A DNA stretch of 64,000 nucleotides from Candidatus Marinacidobacterales bacterium (lineage in GTDB: Bacteria > Acidobacteriota > Vicinamibacteria > Marinacidobacterales > SMYC01), in assembly GCA_965237955.1 (NCBI GenBank), contig OZ250169.1, forward strand, positions 1,024,001 through 1,088,000. Direction: 5' to 3'. The position numbers and the translations under genes were made by a program. Shown here one piece after another: positions 10,111 to 22,678 of the stretch. The first letter of the stretch is position 1. Each line of letters opens with the position of its first letter. The notes under the pieces were generated by a model, which did not search any database, was not told where the DNA came from, and was given only the letters and a program-made list of their open reading frames with translations.

Positions 10111-10983
10111 TCACAGCGTTTTGACGAGCACTCGCTGTTTCTCCCAATCGTCGGGAAGTGGATGATGCAAGAGGTAGCTCGAGGTCAGCCCAACGGGCTG
10201 GCGGCCTTCGACAATGGCGCGGACGATGTCGGGAGCCAGGAAGGCATAACGGATTGCCTTGCGCACGCGGTCCGTTGGTATGGCGTCTTCGGTGGCAATC
10301 TGCTCATAGGTTTTGCCTGCTTTGATCCGGTCGAGCCAGGAGAGGGCGTTAGCGATATTGCGCAGGAGTGTGCGGTCGACGGATTTCGTGGGGTTGCCCA
10401 GAACGAGCTTGGTCTCGACGCCGCGTAGGCGCAAGCGGAACGGTGCGCGGATACGGAGTGCATCCTCGCGAATGCGCTCGGGTCCCATAGAGAGGCAAGC
10501 AGCGAACGCATTGCGGTCGAGCAGGATGGACACAGAGCCGGGGCTGATATCGACCCGCCGGATAAGACGGAGCAGGGGGGCTGCCGAGGCACTATCATCA
10601 TTGCTACCGGAACACAGCCCGTCTAAAAAGCGACGCACCGAGGCGAGCTCTTGCATCGTCGGAGTGTGGATCAACGAGGCCGAGAAGGTCGTAGCATCCA
10701 CATGCTGTCGGATGAGATGCACGACGGTCTGTTCCAGCATCGGGGCGGGCAGTCGCCAGCCGGAGAGGTCCTTTTGGCCACTGTGCTGGATGAGGCGCCG
10801 GGAGACGTAGTAGCGGAGCCGTTGCCCGTTTTTCTTTTTGGTGTGGCTCGGCGTCAGCCGGTCCCCGGTCTCGTCGAAGAGCTTGCCTGCCAGTGGGGAA
10901 CGGGCTGCACGGCCCTTCGTCGTGCGTCTCCTTGGTTTGGCAGCCTCTGCCTGCAGCTGCGTTTGGACCGCGTCCCAGAGCTC
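10111..10983 (-). pseudogene. C-terminal half of a large serine recombinase
   Basis: ELWDAVQ...[21 protein letters not shown]...LRYYVS...AFLAPDIVRAIVEGRQP...LPDDWEKQR. Confidence 0.8.
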
Positions 10984-11888
10984 GTGGTGGGGATGGCGAA
11001 GTCGAATCCGAAGTGGGGGTATACACGCATTCGCGGCGCCCTCTCGAATCTCGGCCATATCGTAGCCAGGAGCACCATCGCCAATATTCTGCGAGAACAT
11101 GGCATCGAGCCTGCGCCGGAGCGAAGTGAGCGAACGCCATGGCGCACGTTTCTCGCCGCCCATTGGGAAACCGTTGCTGCGACCGACTTCTTCACCGTCG
11201 AGGTCGCCACAGTTCGCAGGCTCGTGACCTACTACGTGCTCGTCGTCGTCGAGCTGTCTTCGCGAAAAGTACACATTGCCGGAATAACTCCCGGGCCAGA
11301 TGGCCCGTTCATGATGCAGGTCGGTCGGAATCTCACCGACCCATTCGACGGCTTTCTGCGCGGCAAGCGATTCCTCATCCTGGACCGCGACAAGAAGTTC
11401 ACCACGGAGTTTCGCGATTTGCTGGAGCACGCCGGAACGGACGTCATTCGGCTGCCGCACCGTTCGCCGAATCTGAACGCTTACGTCGAAAGGTTTGTTT
11501 TGTCGATCAAGAGCGAGTGCTTGGAGCGGATGATCTTTTTCAGTGAGCCATCGCTGCGTCGTGCCGTCACTGAGTTCATCCATCATTATGACGGAGAGCG
11601 CAACCATCAAGGGCTTGGGAATGCGTTGCTCGAAGCGGAAGAATGCGTCGGCAGTCCTCACGGGAAAGTGCGATGTCGTAAGAGATTGGGCGGCTTGCTC
11701 AGCTATTACCACCGCGACGCCGCATAGGAGTTCGGGCGCGCCAGCTGGACGTAACGGATGGTTTGGAGGAGAGGTCTGCTCGGGAGCGCCTATCGCAGAG
11801 CCAGTGCCGCGTCGGCTGGTCTCCGTGAATCTCGAGAACGCCTCCAGGATTCGAGCTTTCGGCTCCGTTCGCATTTTCGGACACGACG
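10978..11888 (+). mobile_element. 5'-truncated rve-integrase element (ORF remnant to 11727) with right end
   Basis: Inverted near-copy of 27300-28209; joined to the recombinase through GAGCTC microhomology. Confidence 0.85.
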
Positions 11889-11954
11889 GGGTGGGCCGTG
11901 CGGTTGCCGGGTTATGTGCCTGAGGTTTTGAGCCCGCGAGCTGGGTCTTACGCC

Positions 11955-12044
11955 TGTGCTCCGCAAAAAGTCTATCCAGCGTTGATTGCGCGTTTTAGAC
12001 CTGCTATGGCTGCTTCCGGCCGATCTTCTTTTTTGCGGAGCACA
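11955..12044. mobile_element. ~90-bp MITE, second copy
   Basis: Perfect terminal IR TGTGCTCCGCAAAAA / TTTTTGCGGAGCACA. Confidence 0.85.
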
Positions 12045-12066
12045 GGTCGAGTTTTGGCACAGGACG

Positions 12067-12297
12067 CGCAACAGCACCCAAAACTCGCGGTCGACATTCG
12101 AGAGCCGCAGCCGTTTCACCGAACGGCGGAGGACGGCGAGCTGCTGCCGAAGAGCGACATTCTCGAGAGCCAGCTCGCGACGAGCCTTGAAGGCAGAGAC
12201 GAGAGCGCGAACAAACGACGAAATCATGCCGGCATGGTCCCGGCAGACCGGAGACCAATCAAGTTCGGTGCGCGCGGATGAACAAATAGAAGGCACA
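12067..12297 (-). mobile_element. Left-end fragment of an RELALEN-type rve element
   Basis: Near-copy of 13257-13487, truncated by a CGTCC end at 12066. Confidence 0.8.
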
Positions 12298-12582
12298 GGC
12301 GTTCTATGGTCGTCCACAGGCGCTCCGGCTCGACAACGGCCCGGAGCTGACAGCCTAGGTCTTCGTCGACTGGTGTAACCGGCGCGGCATCGCCCGGTAC
12401 TCGTCCTGTCCAAAAACACAAACGAACTCAAGACCAGCGCGCCGGGCCGTTTCGATCGTCATCGACTTGTGGCGAGCCCCAGTTCTGGGACGTGTCGGAG
12501 GCGATGTCGGCGATTCGGGTTCCCCCGTACGCGCAGGGAAAACACCGTCCAGCAACGGGATGCCACGGCTCCCGGGCGGAGA

Positions 12583-13487
12583 GAGGACGATCACGTGGTC
12601 GAGACACTCACGTCGAATGGAGCCGATCATCCTTTCGACCAATGGATTCTGCCACGGGGAGCGCGGTGCGGTAAGGACCTGCTCGATCCCGAGACCGTCG
12701 ACGCGAGTATCGAAGTACGCTCCGTAGGTCTGGTCTCGATCCCGTACCAGGTACCGAGGCGCCGTGTCCCATGGAAAAGCATCGACCATTTGCTGCGCCG
12801 TCCACTCGGCAGAAGGATGTTCGGTGACATTGAAATGAACGATACGGCGACGGTCGTGGCGAAGGACGATGAAGACGAACAGAACTCTGAAGGTTGCGGT
12901 CGGCAAAGTGAAAAAGTCGAGCGACACCAAGTCCTTTACATTGATTATCGAGAAAGCTCCGCCAAGTATGGGACGGTGGCATGCGATGGCGAACCATATA
13001 CTTGGAGACGGCTGCCTGGGAAATGGAGATGCCTAGCTTCGCCAGCTCGCCATGCACGCGGGGAGCTCCCCAGAGAGGGTTGGCCCTGCTCATGTTCCGA
13101 ATCAGCTCACGTATTTCGGGAGCGACGCTTGGTCGTCCGGGCCTACGCCGTCGGCTCTTCCAAGTCCAATATCGTCCGAACCCACAACGGTGCCAGCGGA
13201 TGACCGTCTCAGGTTTCACGATGACGAGGACGCTCTCCCAGTCAGTCCAGATTCTGCGCAACAGCACCCAAAACCCGCGGTCGACCTTCGAGAGCCGCGG
13301 CCGTTTCACGGAACGGCGGAGCACGGCGAGCTGCTGCCGAAGAGCGACATTCTCAAGAGCCAGCTCGCGACGAGCCTTGAAGGCAGAGATGAGAGCGGGA
13401 ACCAACGACGAAATCATGCCGGCATGGTGCTGGCAGACCGGAGATTAATCAAGTTTGGTGCGCGCGGATGAATAAATAGAAGGCACA
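12583..13487 (-). pseudogene. rve-integrase transposase (MISSLV...RELALENVALRQQL type), frameshifted and 3'-truncated, with left end TGTGCCTTCTATTTATTC
   Basis: ANPLWGAPRVHGEL; [32 protein letters not shown] in a second frame. Confidence 0.85.
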
Positions 13488-13562
13488 GCGTCTGGAACCT
13501 TGTTGGCGCGAATTCGACGACCGACGAGCTACCGCTCGAGGTGCTCTCGGGTAATCTCAACC

Positions 13563-14099
13563 TCAGGAAGCTCTGGCATGATCATTCACCCAACGTCCCA
13601 GACTTCGCCAGCAGCGAAGCATGTCGTCGTAGCTGTAGTGCGCATTGCGACCACTAGGGTTCGGAAGAACGAACAACCGTGAGCCTCCCAGAATTTCGCC
13701 GCGCGGTCCGCATTCGATTATCTTCGGTACGCGACCGGCGGAGAGTTCAGGCCAGAACCCTCGAAAAACGGTGACCCCGAGGAAGCCGACGGCCTTCGGA
13801 CTGTAACGCATCACCTTCTCGGCGAGAAGCCTACGCCCTTTCTCGAAGTCGACCCGGTCGAGTTCCGAGCTCCCACGCGACGCCCTCGCGACGATACTGG
13901 TCAAACCGATACCGTACTCGGGCAGACGCAAGTCATCCTCGTAGGTCATGAGCCGCGGGACCAGTCCAGACTCGTGCAGCAACCTCCAGAACTTGTTTCC
14001 ACGGCCGGCAAAGTGATGGCCAAGCTCATCGGATCGCTTCCCTGGATTGATCCCGACCAGCAGGACGTCGAGGCCGTGGGAAAGGTAGTCCGGTAACAC
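13563..14099 (-). CDS. mug: G/U mismatch-specific DNA glycosylase
   Basis: LLVGINPG...HHFAGRGNKFW...VLPNPSGRNAH. Confidence 0.9.
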   Translation of the reverse strand: MLPDYLSHGLDVLLVGINPGKRSDELGHHFAGRGNKFWRLLHESGLVPRLMTYEDDLRLPEYGIGLTSIVARASRGSSELDRVDFEKGRRLLAEKVMRYSPKAVGFLGVTVFRGFWPELSAGRVPKIIECGPRGEILGGSRLFVLPNPSGRNAHYSYDDMLRCWRSLGRWVNDHARAS

Positions 14100-14454
14100 T
14101 CGGAAAGCATAGCGCAGGGCGGTGTGCTCCGTAAAAAGTCGATCCAGCGTTGATTGCGCGGTTTAGAGCTGCCATGCTCGGCTGCTTCGTGCTGGTCGAC
14201 CGGACGACGCCACCCGGCGTCTTAGGGACGTGGAGAGGCTCGCTCTTGCGACTGTTTTCGAATATCCGGCCTATTCTCCTGGACGCCGTCGCGTTCGCTT
14301 CGCAACGTATGCTGCTCGCGCAGCGCCCTCGCCGCAGAGAACTTTTCCGGAAGACGATTGGGTGCGAGCACGACTGCAAACGTGGCACAGCGGTCATTAC
14401 CAAGGGGCTGAGGGATCGTCGTTCCAACACGCGCGGGTAGGATGTGTCTGCGGT

Positions 14455-14738
14455 ATGCGGGCCAGCGTGTCGGACAACGTGAGGCCTAGAGCGTGTCCTT
14501 CGATTCCAGCCTCTTCGAAGAGCTTTGCCAGGAACTTGCCTATCGCCTCCAGCTCGCTGAGGTTCGGGGTGAGCATCTAAAAGTGCACCACCCCCGGTGG
14601 GAGGGGCGCACGCACGCAAAGATCCATGTCCCCACGCCCACTGTCGGCGAAGCGGGCAACGACCATCTCGTCGGGACGGAGCTCGATCCCCACACCGGAT
14701 GGGGCCGGCTCCAAGAGCCAGCGCTTCAATTGGCTGAG
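14455..14738 (-). pseudogene. Possible PilM-like N-terminal fragment, degraded
   Basis: Manual translation WLLEPAPSGVGIEL...PLPPG...TPNL...LTLSDTLARI across a frameshift and stop. Confidence 0.3.
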
Positions 14739-14779
14739 TCTAGAACGCGGCGGCGCTCATCGCGGCCGGCAACACCGCC

Positions 14780-16576
14780 GTGGCCGACCCGGCGCAGATC
14801 TGGGGCAACCCGACGATCGAGGACGATCTGAAGCTCTTCGGCAACTTCGGCTACCTGCACACTAACGGCCTGCAGTTCTACGGCCATGCCAACTACGCCG
14901 ACAAAAAGGTGACCGAAGGCTTCTATTTCCGGAATCCCAACTCGCGGCAGAACATCTACAGCCTCGATGGAGGCGAGACGCTGCTCATCGGCGACATGCT
15001 CGCCGCGAACGGCATGGGCTCCGCCAACTGCCCCACCGTGAGGATCACCGACAACGTGCCGGATCAGGCAGCCCTCGAGCAGGTGTTCGCCGACCCCAAC
15101 TGCTTCTCCTTTCAAGAGATCGCGCCTGGAGGCTTCACCCCACAGTTCGGCGGCCACGTGAGCGACATGTCGGGGGTCGCCGGGCTGCGCCGGCTCGCAG
15201 CCAACGGCCTGACCTGGGATGCGAGCGCCAGCTACGGCGCCCACCAGTCGGACTTCTTCTTCAATAACACCGTCAACGCGTCGCTCGGCCCCGACACCCC
15301 GCGCGACTTCGACCCGGGTCTGTACCGGCAGGAGGAGATCAATCTCAACTTCGACCTCTCCTATGCCGCCAGCGACATGATCAACGTCGCCGGCGGCGCC
15401 GAGTGGCGTGACGAGCGCTTCACGATCGGGGCCGGCGGACGGCCGTCGTGGGACGTCGGCCCGTACGCCGCGCAGGGCTTCGTCTCCGGCTCCAACGGCT
15501 TTCCCGGATTTCCCGACTATACGGCCGGCACTTGGACCCGCAGCAACGTCGCGCTCTACGGCGACGTCGAGCTGCGGGGCCCCGATGACCGGTGGGCGGT
15601 CGGCGGTGCTGTCAGGTTCGAGCACTTCGACATCTTCGGCGCCACGACGAACGGCAAGCTGTCGGTCCGTTACGGGCTGGGCGACGCCGTCTCGGTGCGT
15701 GGCGGCGTGAGCACCGGGTTCCGCGCGCCGACGCCCGGCCAGCAGAACACGCTCAACGTACAGACGACCATCGACCCTGAGACACTGGAACTGGTCGACA
15801 GCGCCAACGTGCCGTCCACCTTCAGGGCCGCGGAGTTGCGGGGCGGCCAGCCGCTCCAGCCCGAGACGTCGTTCAACTCGACGGTCGGGCTGGTCGTCGA
15901 TACCGGGCCGTTCACGTTGACCGCCGACTACTTCCGCGTCGATGTCTCCAATCGCCTCGCCCTGTCGCAGACCTTCACGCTCACGACGGACGAACGCGCG
16001 CTCCTTCTGTCAGAAGGCATCACCTCGGCGGGCACTCTGGCCTTCTTCCGGTTCTTCATCAACGACTTCTCGAGCCGGACTCAGGGGATCGACCTCGTCT
16101 CGACCTACACGCCCCCCGCATTCGCCGGCGACACGGTCTTCAGCGTCACCATGAACTACACCGACACGGCGGTAACGAAGGAATCGGACCTGCTCGGCCC
16201 CGGCAATATTCTCGGTCTGACGCGAGGCGTGCCCAAGACCCGTTGGAACGTCGCCCTCAGCCAGCGCGTCGGGCGGGTGGGCCTGCTCGGCCGCCTGAAC
16301 TATTACGGCTCCTGGGTCGACCACTTCGACGCACGGTTCGTCCGCGGCCCGGCCGCGCCGGTTCTGGACGGCCGGTACATCGTCGACCTTGAGGCCAGCA
16401 TCCCACTCGCCAACGAGGTGACGCTGGCGGTCGGTGGCCAAAACATATTTGACGTTTTCTCGGACAGGATGGACCTTTTCGCTGCCGAGTTCGGCCTCCC
16501 CTACAGCCAGTTCACGCCGTGGGGTTTAAGTGGCGGGTACTACTACGCCCGCATCAACTACCAGTGGGGCCACTAG
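14780..16576 (+). pseudogene. TonB-dependent receptor, 5'-truncated (barrel only)
   Basis: STGFRAPT and YYYARINYQW; paralog of 55318-58224 lacking plug and signal peptide. Confidence 0.85.
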
Positions 16577-16792
16577 CTGTCATCAATCTATTCCGAAACG
16601 TCCCGGCGTGCCGATCTTGAGTTCGTTTGTATTTTTGGACACGACGCGTTCGCCGGCACAGGCAGGCCAACTGAAGCAACACTTGATGGCAGAAGCACCG
16701 AAATCAAGCTGTCGTGTGATAGATTCTTGGGTCCGGAAACCGATGCAACGTGTCCACGGGCTTGAGAAATGCCAGGAATTTGAGAGGTTTCA

Positions 16793-17100
16793 ATGAAAGA
16801 CAATAAAACGATTGCCGAGCTGACATCGGAGTTGGTGGCACAGGTGGAGAAGCTGCTGCATAAGCTAGTTCCACGAATCACCGCTGTTCTTGCTGAGCCG
16901 GACGCTGCTGAGCCGGACGCTGCCAAGCCGGACGCTGCTGAGCCGGAGGCTGCTGAGCCGGACGCTGCTGAGCCGGACGCTGCCGAGCCAGAGGCTGCCG
17001 AGCCAGAGGCTGCTGAGCCAGAGGTGCTGAGCCGGAGGCTGCTGAGCCGGAGGCTGCTGACGATGGCGATTCGCAATCCCCGGAAGACCGCGCAAAGTAA
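16793..17100 (+). pseudogene. Small acidic protein with (AAEPD/E)n repeat, frameshifted near 17023
   Basis: RBS GAGAGG; after correction the repeat frame ends ...DDGDSQSPEDRAK*. Confidence 0.45.
16891..17059 (+). repeat. 15-bp tandem repeat GCTGCTGAGCCGGA[C/G], about 11 units
   Basis: Directly visible. Confidence 0.9.
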
Positions 17101-17208
17101 TGGAGGGCATAGAACTGAGGCAGGGGATATGATTCTTCCCCCGAACGCTGCGGGGATAGAACCCTTCTTCTACCGATGATTAAGTCGAAACCCTCGGCCA
17201 GAGCGGGG

Positions 17209-17475
17209 AAGCTCGGCTCGGCAAACGAAAGTGGCACACAGAATCGGGCTACAGCAAACGGAGCAAAGTCGAGACAACGTTCCATCGCTACAAGGCTATC
17301 GTGGGCTCAGCAATGCGAGCGAGAGGGCTGGCGGCACAGAGAGTCGAGGCAAGGATCGGGTGCAAGATTCTCAACACGATGACGGCGCTCGGGATGCCTG
17401 ATAGCGAGATGATCGGATGATGGGAGTCGGGGCCAAGCGAGTTCTCGGCCTCTATCGGAGTTGTGCACCAAGGCA
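17209..17475 (+). mobile_element. IS5 (IS903-like) right-end fragment
   Basis: Matches 49295-49561. Confidence 0.9.
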
Positions 17476-17502
17476 GCAGATCTCCGGCCAGGATGGCCCA
17501 GA

Positions 17503-17964
17503 ATGAGCGGCGGTGAGGTGATGTTCCACTACACCCTATCAACCTGCCACACAGAGAAGACGCCACGCTCGGATGTACGACTCGAGACGCTGGCCGCATT
17601 GCGTTCTACCGTCGAGGTAGCCATCGGTGGCAAGGCGGTGCCATTGCCAGGATTCCCCTATTACGCGCTCAGCATCAGGAACACCTGGACCGGCGCGGTG
17701 GGCTGGCTTATCGAGGGAGCCGAGCGGCGCGTCCTGGTTCGTTGCGTGACCGCCTGGACGGGCGGGGGCGTGACGAAGGGCTTGGCCTGGTTGGCGGCGA
17801 CACTACCGGCGGATCTGGCTCTAGAGTTTCCCTGCTGTCTGGTCAAGCCTGGAGTAGCATTCCTTAAGGATTCCGGCGCGGCTAGTTGTCTTGATGACGC
17901 GGAACGTTGCATTAGCTGGGCGCTCGTCGATGCGAGCGCGCCCGACCCCGAGACGGCGGCCTGA
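17503..17964 (+). CDS. Hypothetical protein
   Basis: Open frame with plausible composition; no recognised motif; start uncertain. Confidence 0.4.
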   Translation: MSGGEVMFHYTLSTCHTEKTPRSDVRLETLAALRSTVEVAIGGKAVPLPGFPYYALSIRNTWTGAVGWLIEGAERRVLVRCVTAWTGGGVTKGLAWLAATLPADLALEFPCCLVKPGVAFLKDSGAASCLDDAERCISWALVDASAPDPETAA

Positions 17965-18202
17965 TTCGAGGCCAGGGTGGGTTGTCCATCATCATTATTA
18001 GTCCGGGACTGGACTCTAGGGTCCGGACCGCTGTCCCTTCCATAAACTTGAGCTGCATGAGATTGTCAAACTGCCTGCAACCAGGACGCTCTGGTCATCT
18101 TCATGTAGGACGTTTTGAGAGCCGGCGTCGGCTCTACTCAGGGGTAGAGGTGTGAACCGCCCCGGGTTTTCCGGAGACTCCAACTCTTGAGAGGATGGAG
18201 TC

Positions 18203-19449
<1,247 letters not shown>

Positions 19450-19525
19450 AACAGTCTCCGGAAAACCCGGGGCGGTTCAGTGTAAGCTGGTGCGAAGTTC
19501 TGCAGCCGTCCCGAGCAGATCGGAC

Positions 19526-19578
19526 TCAAGCAGCGCGTCGAGTGTAATAATGATGGAGACCACCAACCTTTGGAATGG
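19526..19578 (-). pseudogene. rve-integrase C-terminal remnant; its 3' region is interrupted by IS3 and ends near 17983
   Basis: AIPKVGGLHHYYTRRAA*; TCATCATTATTAGTCCGG near 17988 matches the element end at 46814-46838. Confidence 0.6.
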
Positions 19579-19689
19579 CGTCCTGTGCCGAAACTCGGCC
19601 CTTTTGAATGGTTGGAGAAGATTGTGATCCGCAAAAAAAGGAAGAACGCGTATCGGCGGGCAGAAGAAAACGCCCCCGATGCCGACACC

Positions 19690-19836
19690 CCATTAGACTG
19701 GACTTTGCGGCGCAAAAGAGCGAACGTCGGGTGATGCTGAAGGATACAGGGGTTAGCCAGGAATGTCGTTCTGGACGGTTTGGACCTCGCCAGCCTGCGG
19801 CGGGTCTGGGAGCAGACCTCTGGGGCTGCTCCTCCA
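19690..19836 (+). pseudogene. Truncated second copy of the DUF2924 5' region
   Basis: Homologous to 26105-26249, including ATTAGACTGGACTTT. Confidence 0.75.
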
Positions 19837-19868
19837 CGTTCGCTCTCAAGCGCGAGAGGAACTAATAA

Positions 19869-20753
19869 ATGCCGTCCGATTCGGAAGACCGGAACATCGA
19901 GCAGCCGGAAGAAAGTGCGGTTTCCGAACCCGTCCTGACGGACGATGGCGAGTCCCTCCGGCATTGGCTCCTCGTCCCTGCCGGAGTCGTCGGGATTGCT
20001 TTTGTCGTGGGAATCGTCCTGTACTTTCTCCTTACTGGCGGAGGTATCGACGAGGCTCCCGACGCACTCGAGGCGCCGACGAGCACCGTGGCAGAGCCGG
20101 CTGCGCCACCGTCCGGCGAGACGGGAGCTCTCCCCGAGGCGGCGCCGATCGTTTTGCCACCGCTGTCCACCAGCGATGACTTCGTCCGCGCGATGGTCGA
20201 GAAGCTCTCCGCACATCCCGTGCTGGCGTCGTTTGTGGTGACCGAGCAGCTCGTTCGCAAAGCGGTGGTCGTCGTGGCCAACGTTGCGGAAGGGCTCAGC
20301 CCGGCTCGTTTGTTCCCGCATCTACGACCGGAGGAGCGGTTCGAGGTCGCCTCCCACTCGGGCCGACTCGTCATCGACGCGGAGAGCTACCATCGATATA
20401 ACACGTACGTCGACCTCCTCGTTTCCCTCGATTCTGCTGGCCTCGTCGAAACGTACCGCAATGTGAGACCCCTGATCGACGAGGCGTATCAGGAACTCGG
20501 CTACGGCGAGCAGCCATTCGAGGACGTTCTGACCATGGCCTTCGCGGTCGTTCTGAAAACACCCATTGTTCGGGGTGATATGGCCGTCGAGACAGTAAGC
20601 GTCAACTACACTTACTCCGAGCAGTGGATCGAAGACCTCCCGCCCGTTCAGAGACAGCTTCTTCGCATGGGACCGGACAACGTCCAGCGGATCCAGGCGA
20701 AGCTACGGGAGATCGCGGTCGAGTTCGGTCTTCGTCTGCCCGCCGAGGGCTGA
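19869..20753 (+). CDS. DUF3014 family protein
   Basis: One TM segment, Pro-rich linker, LPPLSTSDDFVR, SYHRYNTYV, QLLRMGPDN. Confidence 0.85.
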   Translation: MPSDSEDRNIEQPEESAVSEPVLTDDGESLRHWLLVPAGVVGIAFVVGIVLYFLLTGGGIDEAPDALEAPTSTVAEPAAPPSGETGALPEAAPIVLPPLSTSDDFVRAMVEKLSAHPVLASFVVTEQLVRKAVVVVANVAEGLSPARLFPHLRPEERFEVASHSGRLVIDAESYHRYNTYVDLLVSLDSAGLVETYRNVRPLIDEAYQELGYGEQPFEDVLTMAFAVVLKTPIVRGDMAVETVSVNYTYSEQWIEDLPPVQRQLLRMGPDNVQRIQAKLREIAVEFGLRLPAEG

Positions 20754-21290
20754 GCCCGCTCCCAGCAGGTGTTTGCTCACTGAATATTTAGAGCCTGCAA
20801 TCTCATTCAATCAGGACTCTGGCGGACAGCCAGTTAGGCTGTGATCCGCAAAAAAGCAGATCCCGTCCTGTGCCAAAACTCGGCCCAGCCGGCATCGACG
20901 AAAGAACTGCGCCTCTCGAAATCAGGCGAAACTCTAGCACACGAACAGGTTACGCGGCGGTCACCAACACTTGACTGCGGAAGCACCTTCGAGCGCGCAG
21001 CCGGACGGTAAGGTCAGGGCAAGGGCAACAACTCCCTCGAATCCTTCACCATCATCACGACGACGGCCTGTCCCCGTCCTGTGCCAAAACTCGGCCCTTT
21101 TGAAATAGACCGCAAATCAACAGCTTAGAGGCCCTTGGAATCCGCGCAGAATCCAGGGTATTTCGCGCCGCAGGGCTGGCTTCCGACCCCTGGGCTGCGG
21201 GTGGCGGGCGACAGGCCCACCGGGGGTGCGCACGGCCGGCTCAAATCGGCTGCGGGGCGAGCTTGCAGGCAACGAACTACGCACCCGGAA

Positions 21291-22096
21291 GGAATACGTA
21301 TCCGACCGCGATGCCGGATTCAAGCAACGCGCTTTACCTGCAGGTGCTCCACGGTATGCGGACCGACGATCCGTCGTACGTGGTCAAGGTCGACAAGATG
21401 ACCGGCGAGACGCTGTGGTACATCGAGCGGCCGACGACGGCACGGCGCGAGTCTCCGGATTCTTACACGACGCCGACGTGGCTCGAGTACGACGGCAAGA
21501 CGGAACTCGTCATCACCGGCGGGGATGCGGTCACCGGGCACGATCCCGACACCGGCCGAGAACTCTGGCGCGCGAACGTCCTCAATCCCCAGAACAACGG
21601 GGCCTACCGGATCATCGCCTCGCCGACGATCATGGGCGATCTGATCGTCGCGCCGAGTCGGGTGCGGCCCATGGTCGCGATCCGGCCGGGCGGCAGCGGT
21701 GACATCGGCGACACGCACGTCGCGTGGGAGTTCGACCGAGGCCCCGACGTGCCGACGCCGGTGAGCGCCGGCGAGTATGTCTACGTCGTGACCGACCGCG
21801 GCGTGGCCTACTGTCTGAGGCTCGACACGGGCGAGGTCGTCTACGGCCCCGAGCGTTTGCCGAGCGGCACCTACAGCTCGTCTCCCATCCTCGCCGACGG
21901 CAAGATCTACGTCTCGACCGAGGAGGAGGGCCTGTGGACCGTGTACCGGACCGGGCCGGAATTCGAGATCCTCGCGTCAAACTCGTTCGACGACGGCTGC
22001 ACGCCGTACTGCCTCAGCTCGGTGGCGGTGTCACAGGGCCAGCTGTTCATTCGCTCGAGCGCCAACCTCTGGGTAGTCGGCGAACGTAGACATTAG
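21291..22096 (+). pseudogene. PQQ-like beta-propeller protein, 5'-truncated
   Basis: Repeats DKMTGETLW, DPDTGRELW, SSPILADGKIY. Confidence 0.8.
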
Positions 22097-22180
22097 CTGG
22101 TGTCCCCCCAGTCCCCTCTAATCAACCTGGGTCGGGGAGAGATGGGGGAAACGGAAGATCAGTCCATTATCGGCTTCTCG

Positions 22181-22414
22181 TCAACCGTCATCCGTCAGGC
22201 CCAACGTTCGGTCCAGATCTGCGAACTGCTTCGCGTCCTCGAAGCCGGCGACCATCTCCGGCGAGTTCATCGCGTGGTCCATCGCTGCCGCGTCGTCGAA
22301 CCACAACTCACCGATGCTATCCGGGGCGGCCTCCACAGGAGCGGACGTGACGTAGTTCTTAGGTCCTTGGTATAGAGCAGGCGGGCCCTTGGTCAAGGCG
22401 GTGCGGGTGGCCTC
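22181..22414 (-). pseudogene. EthD-family fragment
   Basis: DSIGELWFDDAAAMDHAMNSPE...DAKQFAD. Confidence 0.6.
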
Positions 22415-22678
22415 AGGGCCGGCGACAAAATAAGTTCCCGTTTTCAAGACGGTCGGATGGTGTAGTTCCATTTGGGTAGAGTCTGGTCCTTTGTAACGGA
22501 AAGCGCCTGCATCCGCTCGTCAGTGATTTTGACGCCCTTCGGATAACGACGCCGGATAAGGTGTGCGCGTACTCGCAAACCGGAAGAGGTGGTGGTCGTG
22601 CGGATGTATTTGAGGATGGTTTCGTAGCTGTCGAGAGGCCTGCCCGCCCAGTTCTTGCTGATCTCGCTGAACAGACGG
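22415..22678 (-). mobile_element. ISAzo13-family transposase C-terminal fragment with terminal IR
   Basis: RLFSEISKNWAGRPLDSYETI...YPKGVKITD...WNYTIRPS*. Confidence 0.8.

Noticed and set aside
10111-11874. 587-aa ORF (and 358-aa antisense ORF) as novel fusion proteins
   Set aside because: Chimeric readthrough of a recombinase C-half and an antisense rve transposase.
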